From Patescibacteria group bacterium (GTDB lineage Bacteria > Patescibacteriota > Minisyncoccia > Phycocordibacterales > UBA918), in assembly GCA_039188945.1 (NCBI GenBank), contig JBCCYW010000003.1:8573-72572 (forward strand): 64,000 nucleotides of DNA, written 5' to 3'. A program made the position numbers and the translations under genes. Numbering within the stretch: position 1 is the stretch's first letter; every line of letters begins with the position of its first letter. Below the pieces are notes generated by a model. It did not search any database. It was not told the origin of the DNA and saw only the letters and a program-made list of their open reading frames with translations. This document shows, in pieces, positions 15,001 to 21,158 of the stretch.

Positions 15001-18000
15001 AACCACCCGTACTATCTTGGATCTCAAGCGAGACACTGCCAAAGCGAGGTGAACACACAACTGCTACATACGCCGCATCATTAGTCATGGCGTAACGAGT
15101 ACCAAACTCCATTTGTGGCCAGAACATTGTTGACTCATTACCGTCAGCGTCAGCTTGTTGAAGAGCCGTAACCGGTACCGTACTGCCGGTATAGCGAGCA
15201 GCCGGACCGGCTCCTTCAGAGTCAGCTCCGGTATCACATGTCACCTCAGCTTCATGATCACCCCGACTGACTGCAATACCGGTAGCACTTGAGCCGTCTG
15301 AACAAAACACATCAACTGTTGTACCCTGGACAGCAGAAAGATGAATGTTTTGTGTGTAGACACCGAAGAGGTCGCGAGTAGTTGGCGGATACGAAACAAT
15401 ACCATCGCCAGGAGTTGAGTTCTTATGTGTTACCACTGCTGGTAAGGTTGAGGTAATAATTGCACCAGCCCCATCAACTCCTTGACCAGAATCAGTAATA
15501 TCCAGATTAGCAGTGCCAGCCGAAGATGTCGCTACATTGAAAGTAGCACCAGCCGAGGCTGAAGCCGCTTCAAACACCCGTACAGTCGTGCTACCGAATG
15601 GAGAGAATGCGTACCAATCATTAACAGCCCGGTTCGTACCGATAGCATGGGTGGTGGTAGCAAAGCTAATTGGTGCGATCGAGTCAGTACTATCTTGCGT
15701 GTTTCCAGTTTGACCAGAGACAGTACCAGAAATAGGACCGAGAGCGCGAATGATGGTGTTTTCATCGACTGTCGTCGTACTAATCGACTCACCCTGGTTT
15801 AACGTTGTGGTCGCCAGACCATCAAAAGAGACCTGATTGTTATCGATGAGGCTCTGAATCGAAACTGAAGACACATCATCATCGACAATGTAGAACAGTT
15901 CAGTCAATCGACTATACGTAAAAGTGTCCACTTCATTACTGGTCGAAGTCACTCCAGAAGCACCGTAGTACAACCAAATAAGGGCTGTGCCACCGGCTGG
16001 AATCTCATCTACTTGCACCCATATATCGGCCTCTTGGGTTGATGAGCTGAAGTGCTGGATCCAGTAATCGAGCTCAACAAAATCAACCTCCTGAAGGGTT
16101 TCGGCGGTAGATGTACTTATGAATGTCGTCGGATTAGCGAGCGTTTCATATTCAAGATCAGCCCAATTGTCATCTCGAGTCGTGCTGGCAATACGCAATT
16201 CATCCATAAGACCGATAAATTGGTTTGAGGTATCAAAACTACCGACGGTCGTTTGTTCCTGACCGATAACCAACCCACCGTTCGCGACCAAAATTGCATC
16301 AATCGGTACCTCATCTTGAGTGCCGTTACCATTCTCACCATCAGGCACTCCGTTAAGGTAGAACGCCACCGTATCCTCAGAATCATCACCAGACAGGAGG
16401 AAGTGATCCCATTGATCATCACCCCAGTTTTGCCCATTGTCATAGCCTGTACTTTCGTTGTTAGCACTATGGACGAAGAAAATTTCATCGTCACCCGAGC
16501 CATCAAACTCAAGAGCAACTCGAAACTCATCATCTTCAACGACATTCGCAGCACTCAAGATAGTTCGCTCATCGGTCGCAGCTGCAACCGGCACTTTATA
16601 GAAACCAGAGACAGCGATATCAGTCACACCGGTAAGTGCCTCATCTGGCAGGTCAATATGGTCACCACTCGAATCACCAAGCTCGAGACCGCGACCAACA
16701 ATACCAGTCGTGTCATCAGAGGAGTTCTCATCATCACCATGGTACTCATTACTGGTTGAATCAAGATACACCTCATCATTACCAACCCCAGCTGCATCTT
16801 GGTCAAAGTGGTATACCGCAATAAAGTTATTGGTCCAGACATTGTGTGCCCCGTACACATCATCATCGGCATACGCTAAGGCATCTGGGTTGTCAAAGTA
16901 AATATAGAACTCATTATCCTCAGTACTCGAGAGGTCAGTTTTGAAATGTACTTCACCAAGACCACTTCCCGTATCTACTCGGACCACTTCACGTGGCAAC
17001 TCAACTCCGGCTCGAGTCGTGATGCGAATATCTCGTCCATCACTCGCTACCCCGGAGAAGAAGGTACTACCGAGGGTTCCAAGATCAAGATATACCGGGA
17101 AATTCGTAATATCGGCATCCACATTATCCCGTGAGATAGTGAAGAGCTGGCGCTGATTCCAGCTCGTGCTGTACCACACATCACCACCCGCTGGTACCGC
17201 AATCAGATCAGTACTCGTACTATAGAAACTAGTTGGATTCGCTTGCGTCGTGTACTCAGCGGCAATCCAGCCATCAGTTCGTACCCCATCAGCAAAGCGC
17301 GCTTCATCAACAAACCCATCGAGCAGTTGGTTGCCGCCGTTATTTTGTTCCACATTAGTGTCCTGCTCACTACCAATATTCAACCCATTGATATCAAAGG
17401 TCTGATCTGCATTATCAATATTAGTGTCAGCATAGAGCAGTGCGCCATCGACATACTGCCTCGTCTCATCGTCAAATTCATCACTAGATCTTGTATATAC
17501 ATACTGACGCCACGCACCATCACCAATATTAGACAGCAATACCTGATTGCCGTTTTCCTGACTATTATCGATGAATTGTTCCATCTGAGTAGCGTTTTCA
17601 ATCCAAGCAATCCACTCGTTGTTTTGGGACGTATTAAATCCAGAAAGAAGGGTGTGGTCTAACGAACTCAGTGAGTTGGACGTTTGATACCAGACCGAAT
17701 AGGTCATCTCAAGTTTGCTATCAGCCACTGCAACCGGAATATTAATATGGTCGACCAGGTCAACGCCGGAGGTCGTAGCAATATCAAACTCAACCCCGTC
17801 ACCAAGGCGCCCGGTCGTGCCAGTAGCTGATGTGTCATCTTCAGCGTTAAAGCCATTGCTCGTGCTATCAAGATACTCTCCGATATTATTCTGTCCCGGT
17901 TGGCCTTGATCTTGGAAGTGATACACCGCTGCATAGTTATTGGTCCACACGTTCTGAGAACCAAATTCAGACGTACTCGCGTAGGCGGTGGCATCAGGAT

Positions 18001-20971
18001 TATCGAAGTAAAGGTGAAAGGTACTATCGTCAGCCGTGTTAAGAACCGGCGCCCTAAAGTGCAACTCACCCTGATCACTACCAGTATCAATCCAAACTAA
18101 ATCAGTTGGTACTTCAGTAGCACCATCACTTCGCGTTACTCTGATATCACGACCGTCATTCGTAACGCCACTCCAAAAATCGTCACCAAGTGTCGACAGG
18201 TCAACGTACACTGGGAAATCAACCAAGGTCTCAGTAACTGATGTCGAAGCGATGTTAATTGCCACTCTTCCCTCCCAATTGAGATTGTAGTTGTTCTCAA
18301 CTACCGGACCATTCTCCGGGAAGAGGTTGTTTTCTACCCGCTCTTGAATAAACCGAATATCACTACCATCGTCAGCAACGTTCGTCCAGAAGTCACCAAG
18401 AGCACTGTCAATCTCAAAGAATATCTGCTGCTCAGTCAGTGTCTCGGTGCTGTTTGTGTTATCAATTTGAATTGGGATTCTGTACTGCCACTGACTTGAC
18501 CAGAATGGATCCAAGAGACCGTACTCACTACCGCCCACTGCTTCGATCCAATACTCACCACTGGAGAAAGCTGGGAAACTAACTTCCATCTTGAAGTACT
18601 TAGTTTCTCCAGGACGAATCGCAAACGTGTCAGGGGTGTGTCCATCTACCCTAAAGCTGTTCGGCACAAATTTTCGGTCAGGGCCAAAACCAAAGAACTC
18701 GCCTACTTGTTCAATAAAGCCAGGTTCTGGGAGTGTGCCTACAGCATATGTGGCAGCTTGCCAACCACCTGCATACTTAACCACTTCGTGTTCTCGTACT
18801 TTTACATTATCAACGTGACAAGCTGTGTTATCGCCATCAATTGAATTACAGGCCCGAACAATATTAGTGTTGCGACAGACATATGTCTGGGGTGTTTCGA
18901 TCGCTTCAGTTGTAGTAGCTTGTTCGCTAGTTCCAGTTGCAAGTGCTGTCGCTTGCGTGAACAAACGAGCATCTGTCAGAAGTTGAGAGGTTGTCGTCGT
19001 AGCAGTTGTGCTGGCTGATTCAGTATCTAGCGAAGCTGCTTCGGTCGAAGTAGCTTGGCTACCTTCGGACGGCTCAGATGAAGTAGCAGTTGCTTCTGGT
19101 AGCACTACAGACTCAGCACTAGTTGTTGCTTCAGTTTCGTCCGCCTCAAGTGGATCAACCAACGCCTCAGGAGTGAATGCCCGAGACATATCAAACAGTG
19201 AGTCAGAGATCGGCTCGCCAGAGTACTCCCATCCATCAGCGCAGTGATAGACAAATGGTCTGTATTCAGGAATTGTGACTTGTGTTGGTTTATTCTGATT
19301 CCATTCTTCTAGTGAGACAACCTCTCCCTTGGCATGCGGGAAGTAGGTTTGCAGTGAAAACGTATCTGTATTATTTGAGGTGTTGGTGACATTGAAGTAG
19401 GTCGTGATTTCGGTAAGACCGTTATACGTCAGCTCATCTGATTTGATGATCAAGGTTTCATCGCTATTTTCGTCGGTATTGTCAAACGTAATTTCACGCC
19501 CATCAGGTAGCACCAACACATCTCCTACCAGCGGATCAGGATTAAAGCCATCATCTTCGAGCAAAGTTGCAATGTCAATTGGTTCACCAGTATTTTCGAG
19601 TGTAAACAATTCTAACCACGCACTTTCGACAAAGAGATACTCGACGTGTTCTGGATTATTAGTGAAGCGAAGTTGGAACGTCAGATCTTTGAGAACAGCT
19701 GGGTCTTCAATTGTTGGTAGCGCAAAGAGATAGTATCCGCCATTAATACCATTTGACTGCTCTTCATCAAGTAGAATTTGACCATTTTCTACCCACGACT
19801 CTCCACCATCAAATGAGTAGCGAAGCTCTAATGACGTTACCTCATCACGAGTCTCTTTAGGGGCGCCAGCAAATGACAACCTGAATTGAGCACCGGTAAG
19901 TTCCAGCCCGTCTTCAAAAATTGGCATTGCAAAACCGGACAGAGTAAGTGTGTGGAGTGAACAGTTTTCGACACAGTCGCTCGTGCTCGTCGCCAGACTG
20001 CTGTCGTCAACCGTTTCACTGGTTGTAGCTGAAGACGGAACCTCGTCTATAACTACCTCACCCAGCAGCTCCTCAACCTCGTCTGTAAATTCATTTTCAG
20101 AACTTGTTGTTGTCGCCACCTCTTCCTCCTCAGGCACCTCTTCAACTAAATTTTCTTGTGCACTCAGTGTCTCAGTCGGTAGTATCTCAGTTACTGTTGT
20201 AGTACTTGCTGCTGCTTCTGATTCAGACACAATCTCTTCTGTATCTGTCTCAATGTCTTCACTACTAACAACCGTTTCAGTAGTGGTAGCAGCAGTAGTA
20301 AAGCCAAACACCCGAGTAACAGCACCGAAAGCAAAACTGAACAACGAATCGACTGTCTGGAGCACAGTAGTTGTTGAGGCCGCTTCTTCAGCATCTAGCT
20401 CGTTTGAGGACGTGGTCGCAGCTGAATCTGACTCAACAACATCCGGTACCTCAGGAGTTACCTCGTCTGCCTCAGAAATAGTAGGTTCGGTTGTTGTTGC
20501 AACCACCTCCACTGTTGTCGTTCCATTTTTTACCTCTGGCTCTGCGGGTACGTCAGGGGTGCTCGTGGCAACCACCTCAGTCGTCGTACTAACTTCAGTG
20601 GTAGTAGTAGCTGAAGAAGTAGCACTACCTAAAGAAATTACCGGCTCCTCTACAAGCATCACTTCTTCGTTTTCAAATTCATCTCGAAGCTCGCGCAACG
20701 TTTGATCACCAGTACTTAAGTACGCAGAATTAATTTCATTAAACTCTTGTGATAGGGCATATTGGTCGAGATTTTGGAAGGTCACCGTATCAGCATTCAC
20801 CCAGCCAACAGATTCAATTGACTCAGGGAAAACATTGACGCTACTAACCACAATCTGGCTTTCAGAAAACTGAGCAAACACTGCATATCCTGCAAAACTA
20901 GTTACCACCAGTGCTGTAAGAACAGAAACTTTCTTAATTCCAAACAAAGAAGCACTATTAAACCGCCTCAA
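1..20971 (-). CDS. Giant secreted surface protein, 3'-truncated by the window edge (>6,900 codons in window). N-terminal signal peptide; repeated DUF2341-like (FPxYxDLxxLGxxFWxxVxxDGxDIRxT...GELHFKA...YFDNPDAxAY) and LamG/concanavalin-like modules
   Basis: Own translation of the minus strand in frame with codon first bases at positions =1 mod 3. Open at the N-terminus (TTG at 20971 giving MRRFNSASLFGIKKVSVLTALVVTSFAGYAVFA-QFSE; in-frame GTG alternatives at 21043 and 21055; in-frame TGA at about 21149). Open for about 7.5 kb read codon-by-codon, and open again at positions 1-250. The ORF track lists no complete ORF in this frame over 21 kb: all 24 listed minus-strand ORFs here share one other frame (end =0 mod 3) and the plus-strand ORFs are low-complexity shadows. 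The track finder appears to need ATG plus an in-window stop, so it would miss this gene. Confidence 0.72.
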   Translation of the reverse strand, partial: MRRFNSASLFGIKKVSVLTALVVTSFAGYAVFAQFSESQIVVSSVNVFPESIESVGWVNADTVTFQNLDQYALSQEFNEINSAYLSTGDQTLRELRDEFENEEVMLVEEPVISLGSATSSATTTTEVSTTTEVVATSTPDVPAEPEVKNGTTTVEVVATTTEPTISEADEVTPEVPDVVESDSAATTSSNELDAEEAASTTTVLQTVDSLFSFAFGAVTRVFGFTTAATTTETVVSSEDIETDTEEIVSESEAAASTTTVTEILPTETLSAQENLVEEVPEEEEVATTTSSENEFTDEVEELLGEVVIDEVPSSATTSETVDDSSLATSTSDCVENCSLHTLTLSGFAMPIFEDGLELTGAQFRLSFAGAPKETRDEVTSLELRYSFDGGESWVENGQILLDEEQSNGINGGYYLFALPTIEDPAVLKDLTFQLRFTNNPEHVEYLFVESAWLELFTLENTGEPIDIATLLEDDGFNPDPLVGDVLVLPDGREITFDNTDENSDETLIIKSDELTYNGLTEITTYFNVTNTSNNTDTFSLQTYFPHAKGEVVSLEEWNQNKPTQVTIPEYRPFVYHCADGWEYSGEPISDSLFDMSRAFTPEALVDPLEADETEATTSAESVVLPEATATSSEPSEGSQATSTEAASLDTESASTTATTTTSQLLTDARLFTQATALATGTSEQATTTEAIETPQTYVCRNTNIVRACNSIDGDNTACHVDNVKVREHEVVKYAGGWQAATYAVGTLPEPGFIEQVGEFFGFGPDRKFVPNSFRVDGHTPDTFAIRPGETKYFKMEVSFPAFSSGEYWIEAVGGSEYGLLDPFWSSQWQYRIPIQIDNTNSTETLTEQQIFFEIDSALGDFWTNVADDGSDIRFIQERVENNLFPENGPVVENNYNLNWEGRVAINIASTSVTETLVDFPVYVDLSTLGDDFWSGVTNDGRDIRVTRSDGATEVPTDLVWIDTGSDQGELHFRAPVLNTADDSTFHLYFDNPDATAYASTSEFGSQNVWTNNYAAVYHFQDQGQPGQNNIGEYLDSTSNGFNAEDDTSATGTTGRLGDGVEFDIATTSGVDLVDHINIPVAVADSKLEMTYSVWYQTSNSLSSLDHTLLSGFNTSQNNEWIAWIENATQMEQFIDNSQENGNQVLLSNIGDGAWRQYVYTRSSDEFDDETRQYVDGALLYADTNIDNADQTFDINGLNIGSEQDTNVEQNNGGNQLLDGFVDEARFADGVRTDGWIAAEYTTQANPTSFYSTSTDLIAVPAGGDVWYSTSWNQRQLFTISRDNVDADITNFPVYLDLGTLGSTFFSGVASDGRDIRITTRAGVELPREVVRVDTGSGLGEVHFKTDLSSTEDNEFYIYFDNPDALAYADDDVYGAHNVWTNNFIAVYHFDQDAAGVGNDEVYLDSTSNEYHGDDENSSDDTTGIVGRGLELGDSSGDHIDLPDEALTGVTDIAVSGFYKVPVAAATDERTILSAANVVEDDEFRVALEFDGSGDDEIFFVHSANNESTGYDNGQNWGDDQWDHFLLSGDDSEDTVAFYLNGVPDGENGNGTQDEVPIDAILVANGGLVIGQEQTTVGSFDTSNQFIGLMDELRIASTTRDDNWADLEYETLANPTTFISTSTAETLQEVDFVELDYWIQHFSSSTQEADIWVQVDEIPAGGTALIWLYYGASGVTSTSNEVDTFTYSRLTELFYIVDDDVSSVSIQSLIDNNQVSFDGLATTTLNQGESISTTTVDENTIIRALGPISGTVSGQTGNTQDSTDSIAPISFATTTHAIGTNRAVNDWYAFSPFGSTTVRVFEAASASAGATFNVATSSAGTANLDITDSGQGVDGAGAIITSTLPAVVTHKNSTPGDGIVSYPPTTRDLFGVYTQNIHLSAVQGTTVDVFCSDGSSATGIAVSRGDHEAEVTCDTGADSEGAGPAARYTGSTVPVTALQQADADGNESTMFWPQMEFGTRYAMTNDAAYVAVVCSPRFGSVSLEIQDSTGGFIESATCSPNTTDPGKVLFNGGTDGDTLNYPAGYQVVSTNGVPFYAIYEDRSIQNSGTNVGDEKNLVGTVQARKFGADAFTIAFGQQEMANDADYEQLSFLWYQNGNTETPTSTWPISDSNVTEGESITGSGALQDGDVIRLRMNIEASTATGTENSAAFRLEYGAATAADQCSLIAESNWFEVGQPGSTTAAFSGFDIPLIQDGRILSSTTLASSTVFGTYEERNLSNLIQNEIGVGQVAEFDWVLQATNVDININYCFRMTRSGGAPLTTYTLYPQLETVGPPNVPTLLAFFDNERTATRTPMLEFVSSDIAGDDIDYQVQVANTVDFASPLIDRNSDDNFLEFENINNNGDKAPFSSGNQVRFTSGTSLATGTTYWWRVRADDPNGSATTSEWSSPYSFTVEDLIEVTEWYQTTGDQFSTNELSNMSTSSGEVALASSPATMTSTAIDFDDATFGNAWGEVSWSDTVTSGTSSVQVQFNDSGTWTLIPDSQIPNNSIGATSSPISISELDTSVYNEIRLVATFEGTTVSLQEWSVKWGLRVNTPTLGDSFDNEKFAGLSPVFDFTTTDPQGDNLEYELSISTDIDFLTSSSTFNSSTSPGFSAGNPYASGATVTYTTQTPLTNNTTYWWRVRAKDPNGNDSFSPWSEPDSFTASTSVSVSTWFQTTQEQFDQGELAGVIASSSDSVEITDVVGEFGTISLTNNNWTTVNTQNIYNDMVVVSTPEFDFQAGGQASGRTVRVRNKTSNSFEIKVDNYQNNFTGSTDVDYVVAETGDWTIDDGGSGFRLLAGTQESVSATQVDGYSNTVGEVITFTPAFSGIPVPITTVSTNNDSEWVSSHVDGGGTFQTEVTSSQMRVALALSRHTTSGRSGSEDIDYIVLDATTSTDVGGSVFQSLNSPDGDVDDGGAQVSISGFSTTPAITLIQNNAEDGGQGGFAQKDLGGTSNASNIFVSISEQGSLADGHTQEIVSIVAFENTAGNLTRLNAGDLTGTIAGEDIIFTDGAGPKFDNFSWVDSTPATSDILYQLQYQVSDGVYALIPDSAIPGNSTGTTTSPIDLTNVDINTYGIIRPFATLSCGGGSCPSIDNWQLEWSEGVNMSGIVYEYDRVTPVTSGTIMAAVNNGPALLNTGTIAGDGTWTLANVTAFAGDIITVWVDGAADPDEAVAVFEYDGVGDITGVTLYEQHLSLQADEDSTVFNNNLAAYDNSISGNEDIFFDVDLSGNLNVCAVGSCGNANLYIGPRTTYTASSSQTVSVTTHDFVNDGIVELDGNTFTVSGSWENNATSSTDTSTINLVATSSSETIISTESPLDFHNLSMGAGAGTATYTIATALDLSGSLTVASGTFDRGVNDISLQGNLSTGANATWLGVATTTFDGNAAATWNDDHVSSTTLQNIGNVVIDGVSKFVALTSDVKAYDITIGANDTLSGATYAFYVGGDWTNTGTFLAGSSNVEFIPDDRSYPAAIPGSADWYADISFASRLPIVVQDSEVSGALTNFPTFVDLSTLGSDFWGSVQTDGDDIRITTNDGMTELPYDLVEFDASAETGELHFLADAISSSATTTFYIYFDNPAADGYLATDTYGSYAVWRDYEAVYHFNDDFSTVGTIIPDDSGRGRDLLLLGGAMATTSGQVGVALNASGSAGYLIDTDFSWTSGDRLTTSGWYFLDDFDNETVWEWGTGDGPNDIEFRPWTGGTSGLHYFGRDDGQAAYTINPRTPSIWRHFTTIGVTSTTQFNLVYEDGVQVESVQQGGGADENPSNTGGLRVAGNAGGGAFLGYIDELRIATSSRDASWVEAEYSNQFTPTDFYATSSVEAYTPATTTDEATHNISSGGSSFFDITFADATTSPAFTEPSVVVSGDFTVATGTVALPTSKLNVGGSFINNGVFMHNNNEVEFDGSGSEVITLNGTEFLNQFYDVTFSGSGDWTFTDANATTTNLFAIEDGTVTFPSGALAIGNTLDVSGSGDFTANGGTVVFTSASSVDVTTNNAAFNNVIFGSGVLDSWYAAAWSDRVVIDIASTSVTGAMIDFPVYINLADLGSVFWANVAADGADIRMTSSNGTTELAYELVSIDTNTQTGELHFKAPMLTSGTDNRFYLYYNNVNATAYSPTDTYGRNNVWTNDYLAVYHLGEEVAGTGNIGVYTDSTGNGRDGDDFVDATGTTGFIGQGQEWDEANADYIQIATSTLDGQTDVTVSWWYQTTELNDHAVVSGANSGQFNEVLIRLDNSDEFEWFDEGTVDFVDISLINDGAWRAYHTVRDTDNNIVRFYINAEEDDQSPTLETLDAIDINDGALIIGQDQDSILGGFDGGEELDGFLDELRFSSVVRDAGWITTEYDNQFAPTSFYATSSELFTEAAPVFTLNEANADADGDVTVSGALLIAPSDTFTIGGSALNNSGTYDANNATTTFDSNDLGETIDFGTGIFYNLSFNGVGGGWTLSTTTVENNATLVTGDSFVQAPNTTLSVQNIFRNSFTAASTTWTDSTLVLTGGDYVVTDRLDSGDDYATIEVSGDSDITIWNSTISTSTILDTSSIYMPDFGGNNGELRIFGDYTRTTGAEYWSSATDFDGTDISGSPRQVDVRIASGTSVRLSGSAILNMLGSSTASTTVDAITGTFDLSLSGATLNAQYFTMTGTGVNGFELLDSVSVTNFTNGDFSIASGTTAVTVDASTINAQPSTEYPDLNFASVSGPSVNVTASGTASAFWLFSGGVGDRYGESFDDDDGDPGTIQWDDSNYAISIRGTVYADNGSTTASASVCNGVTQNVTVVLDSGPSYTAACDPTDGSFEVTGIVYVGEPKVTAYLNSEATNGAMDIFLLDELTGSGVGTGAGVTTVTRPTTIEDNSVLVAIIGKNDDPGITPPAGWTLINEFGDAANDDIYTGIWYRVVSDASSEPTSYDFNALNNNQGYSYWIGSFLNVDTTTPIDVSSGWTELLDDGTPETPSVVTTVNNTYVLSSWFVDNDVAVQVASDEGWDTRAYNIVGTNNVNLSVISRQFATPSTTQSIEMVGVPGTRDPHVGTFALQPAATPPTATTSVSAAVVTQTPLGTPTDPVYEDIAVRDSSFDQQQFATGATVVLTTPSVVTNDVLVVIIGKDDDPTVSAPAGWTEIATRGENAEADVFGGAWYRVVTDATTEPATHTFTNNDGTDEIAYWIGSLSGVDVTSPLDVATTWDYQLNDNSPAAESITTVTDKAQVFAAWMVIGDTNVDMPLDWETLVEDSLSPAGNTDRLFAVSTKLQEEFGATGDAEITSLGNQDSMTIQFAMRPQEQAVPSRIEGFDIYANQVIVRHEDIAALTIADMTRFDNDNDSDIPFTASTSTSPDLLTVLPGSGLYVWDSKQFIPGGEINLSGYGTTEQDGTLSIGNGGTLTMAGTDPVTIGGGFYGENGAVFSGASSTVTFTATNTGQTIDSRASSTFTFYDIDFTGVGGGWAVQTPIISQTGINLATGTVSGVSDVTVESGSFSGNGLVNMTGGTVAIERNNTLGGTQGWTFNNLTLGNVTDSDSTTMASDATTTVRSVLTISTNHLLDGGEATFDLTGSGNVFATNGTFQQGTSTVRYSGATPNIDRTPYYNLRIDTDAGGDVVATGPSTNLQVFNSLTVGNQGTSTLDLNTNDPALAVAELIYIGQLGTIEASDTATLEAFGSWDNDGVFAANGGTVRFGEVVSNEAIAAGSSPFADLTIDGLGTFTMTEHATVTGDMVLGAGNFTMSGGQVLSVGNTFTNSMLGGATNWTGSTLRLYGDQAYDVNAKTTSQTYGAIVTASSTQPRFWNATSTSITTNDASSVYSRNHAGVDGALNIYGEYRNSGFDDYWSYNEDFDGAALGGGARQAAVLVEAGGSVLYTGGSLTVLGSSTATTSIDALTVGTYDFRLGGSTDVNMNYYQFRDTTADGLTFSGSPDVTDLSHGDFEIAIAGGSGMTVGGSVISANPAPNYTNIRFATTTAISAFNVTATGSAASSWRFVNVPGNLAGEDFDNDPGDDPGLLVWEDSAAIINIEGTVYSDDGVTESGIGICDGATANIFLSMDGLTFASTSCAIGSADYTFSGISYGLSDVITVYIGNGAGSGVVVSQDPLSSIGNMDIYENRVIVRHESGDPLTIDDMDTWDSDDDADIPFTATGGSPDTLVLPSNHKLVVWESKTFAPDGDVTVSGGGAGADFDGTVELLSNATFQMAAGEEHSIGGSLITAAGAVFDASTATTTFTTTGAARTININDDDFYNLVFNGTGSWTVTDTTLTTGSNFLIQNGAVTLPSGTTTIGASFVNSGGSFDSNGGRIVFDATSSGNTVTFGGSDTRSVLFAGTGGGWTMADTNATTTDYFRVATGSVTLPSGVLAVGADFIVNDTITNNSGTVRLATSSGAYTVTLSGNDLNNLFIDNFGSYTFSDVSASLLGDLDITTGASLAIGDGTFSIGGSLAATGTLATASSSILFNSGDTGELIYPGNNVFYDVVFGGALGGWTVGANATVTNNLSLSAATTYIQSSGTTLYVGGVFTNNIGAATTWLGSTLVLDSGSIYETNSKSTPAELYDTVILGENTDVSTWNASSTNLTVPVTSSLYSQDHANNDGDLAIFGDYNITSGTEYWSYATDFDGAALGGSSRAVDVFIASGATTTLVSGTLEIIGIANSTTTISTPGSGQYSIQVLAGVFNAEYFDFEDLDTNGLQFSGTPTITSLDNGGFTQALNGASLITLASTTLNANAGLIITGSRFTDGGFTGGINVNLDATTTNSWTFTGHTGNLSGEVYDQDGTDACSSIRWDDSDCLLTEQAHYRWRNDDGGEGAPPGTWYDNNWSSRQRIRIDNNDLSTTTNAAVKMVVPYDADMQTDFDDLRFTDSSGVTEIDHWQERFSTGVSADVWVEVPTLGADKVTEIYMYYGNVSASSTSSSSEVFIVVDDFEDNNLDEYGGDKGLFSTNATFAFGGGFGLDTSGFETSRAPDGIFSTTSVVSQGEIIRYMQYVDTTPGAGAENEACAMFGVQTPGLDNDNYGVCLELFGTERISLVKNVEST

Positions 20972-21086
20972 TTGGTCTTTGAGCGCTGTAAATATCGATA
21001 TATTGAATTTTTGTCTTGTTTTGTGAGACTCTTTTTTGTTCACACCACAAGCCACCCAAGATTCTGCGCAGGCAGAAATTGGGCTA

Positions 21087-21098
21087 ATTATAATTATA
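21087..21098 (-). promoter_or_regulatory. Two overlapping TATAAT -10-like hexamers upstream of the giant gene
   Basis: Minus-strand reading gives GATATAATTATAATTAGCCC just downstream of the 21101-21123 hairpin and upstream of candidate start codons. No clear -35 box. Confidence 0.35.
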
Positions 21099-21100
21099 TC

Positions 21101-21123
21101 GCGCAGTCCTAGATGGACTGCGC
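21101..21123. terminator. Perfect 9-bp inverted repeat gcgcagtcc-tagat-ggactgcgc. Probable terminator of the 21159..22739 gene, or an operator
   Basis: Seen directly. Lies 36 bp downstream of the stop of the upstream minus-strand gene and is followed on the minus strand by an A/T-rich tract. Confidence 0.5.
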
Positions 21124-21158
21124 GATACGCCTCAAATATGTGGATTGGTCAGTGTTTT

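Noticed and set aside
79-20394. The 24 small minus-strand ORFs and many plus-strand ORFs listed by the track across 1-21 kb
   Set aside because: The minus-strand ones all sit in one alternative frame, and the plus-strand ones are antisense, of a continuous >6,900-codon reading frame. They are treated as frame-shadow ORFs, not genes.
19950-20705. 251-aa plus-strand ORF rich in S/T/V (MWSEQFSTQSLV...)
   Set aside because: Low-complexity antisense shadow of the Thr/Ser/Glu-rich stalk of the giant minus-strand gene. It has no start context and lies fully inside that gene.
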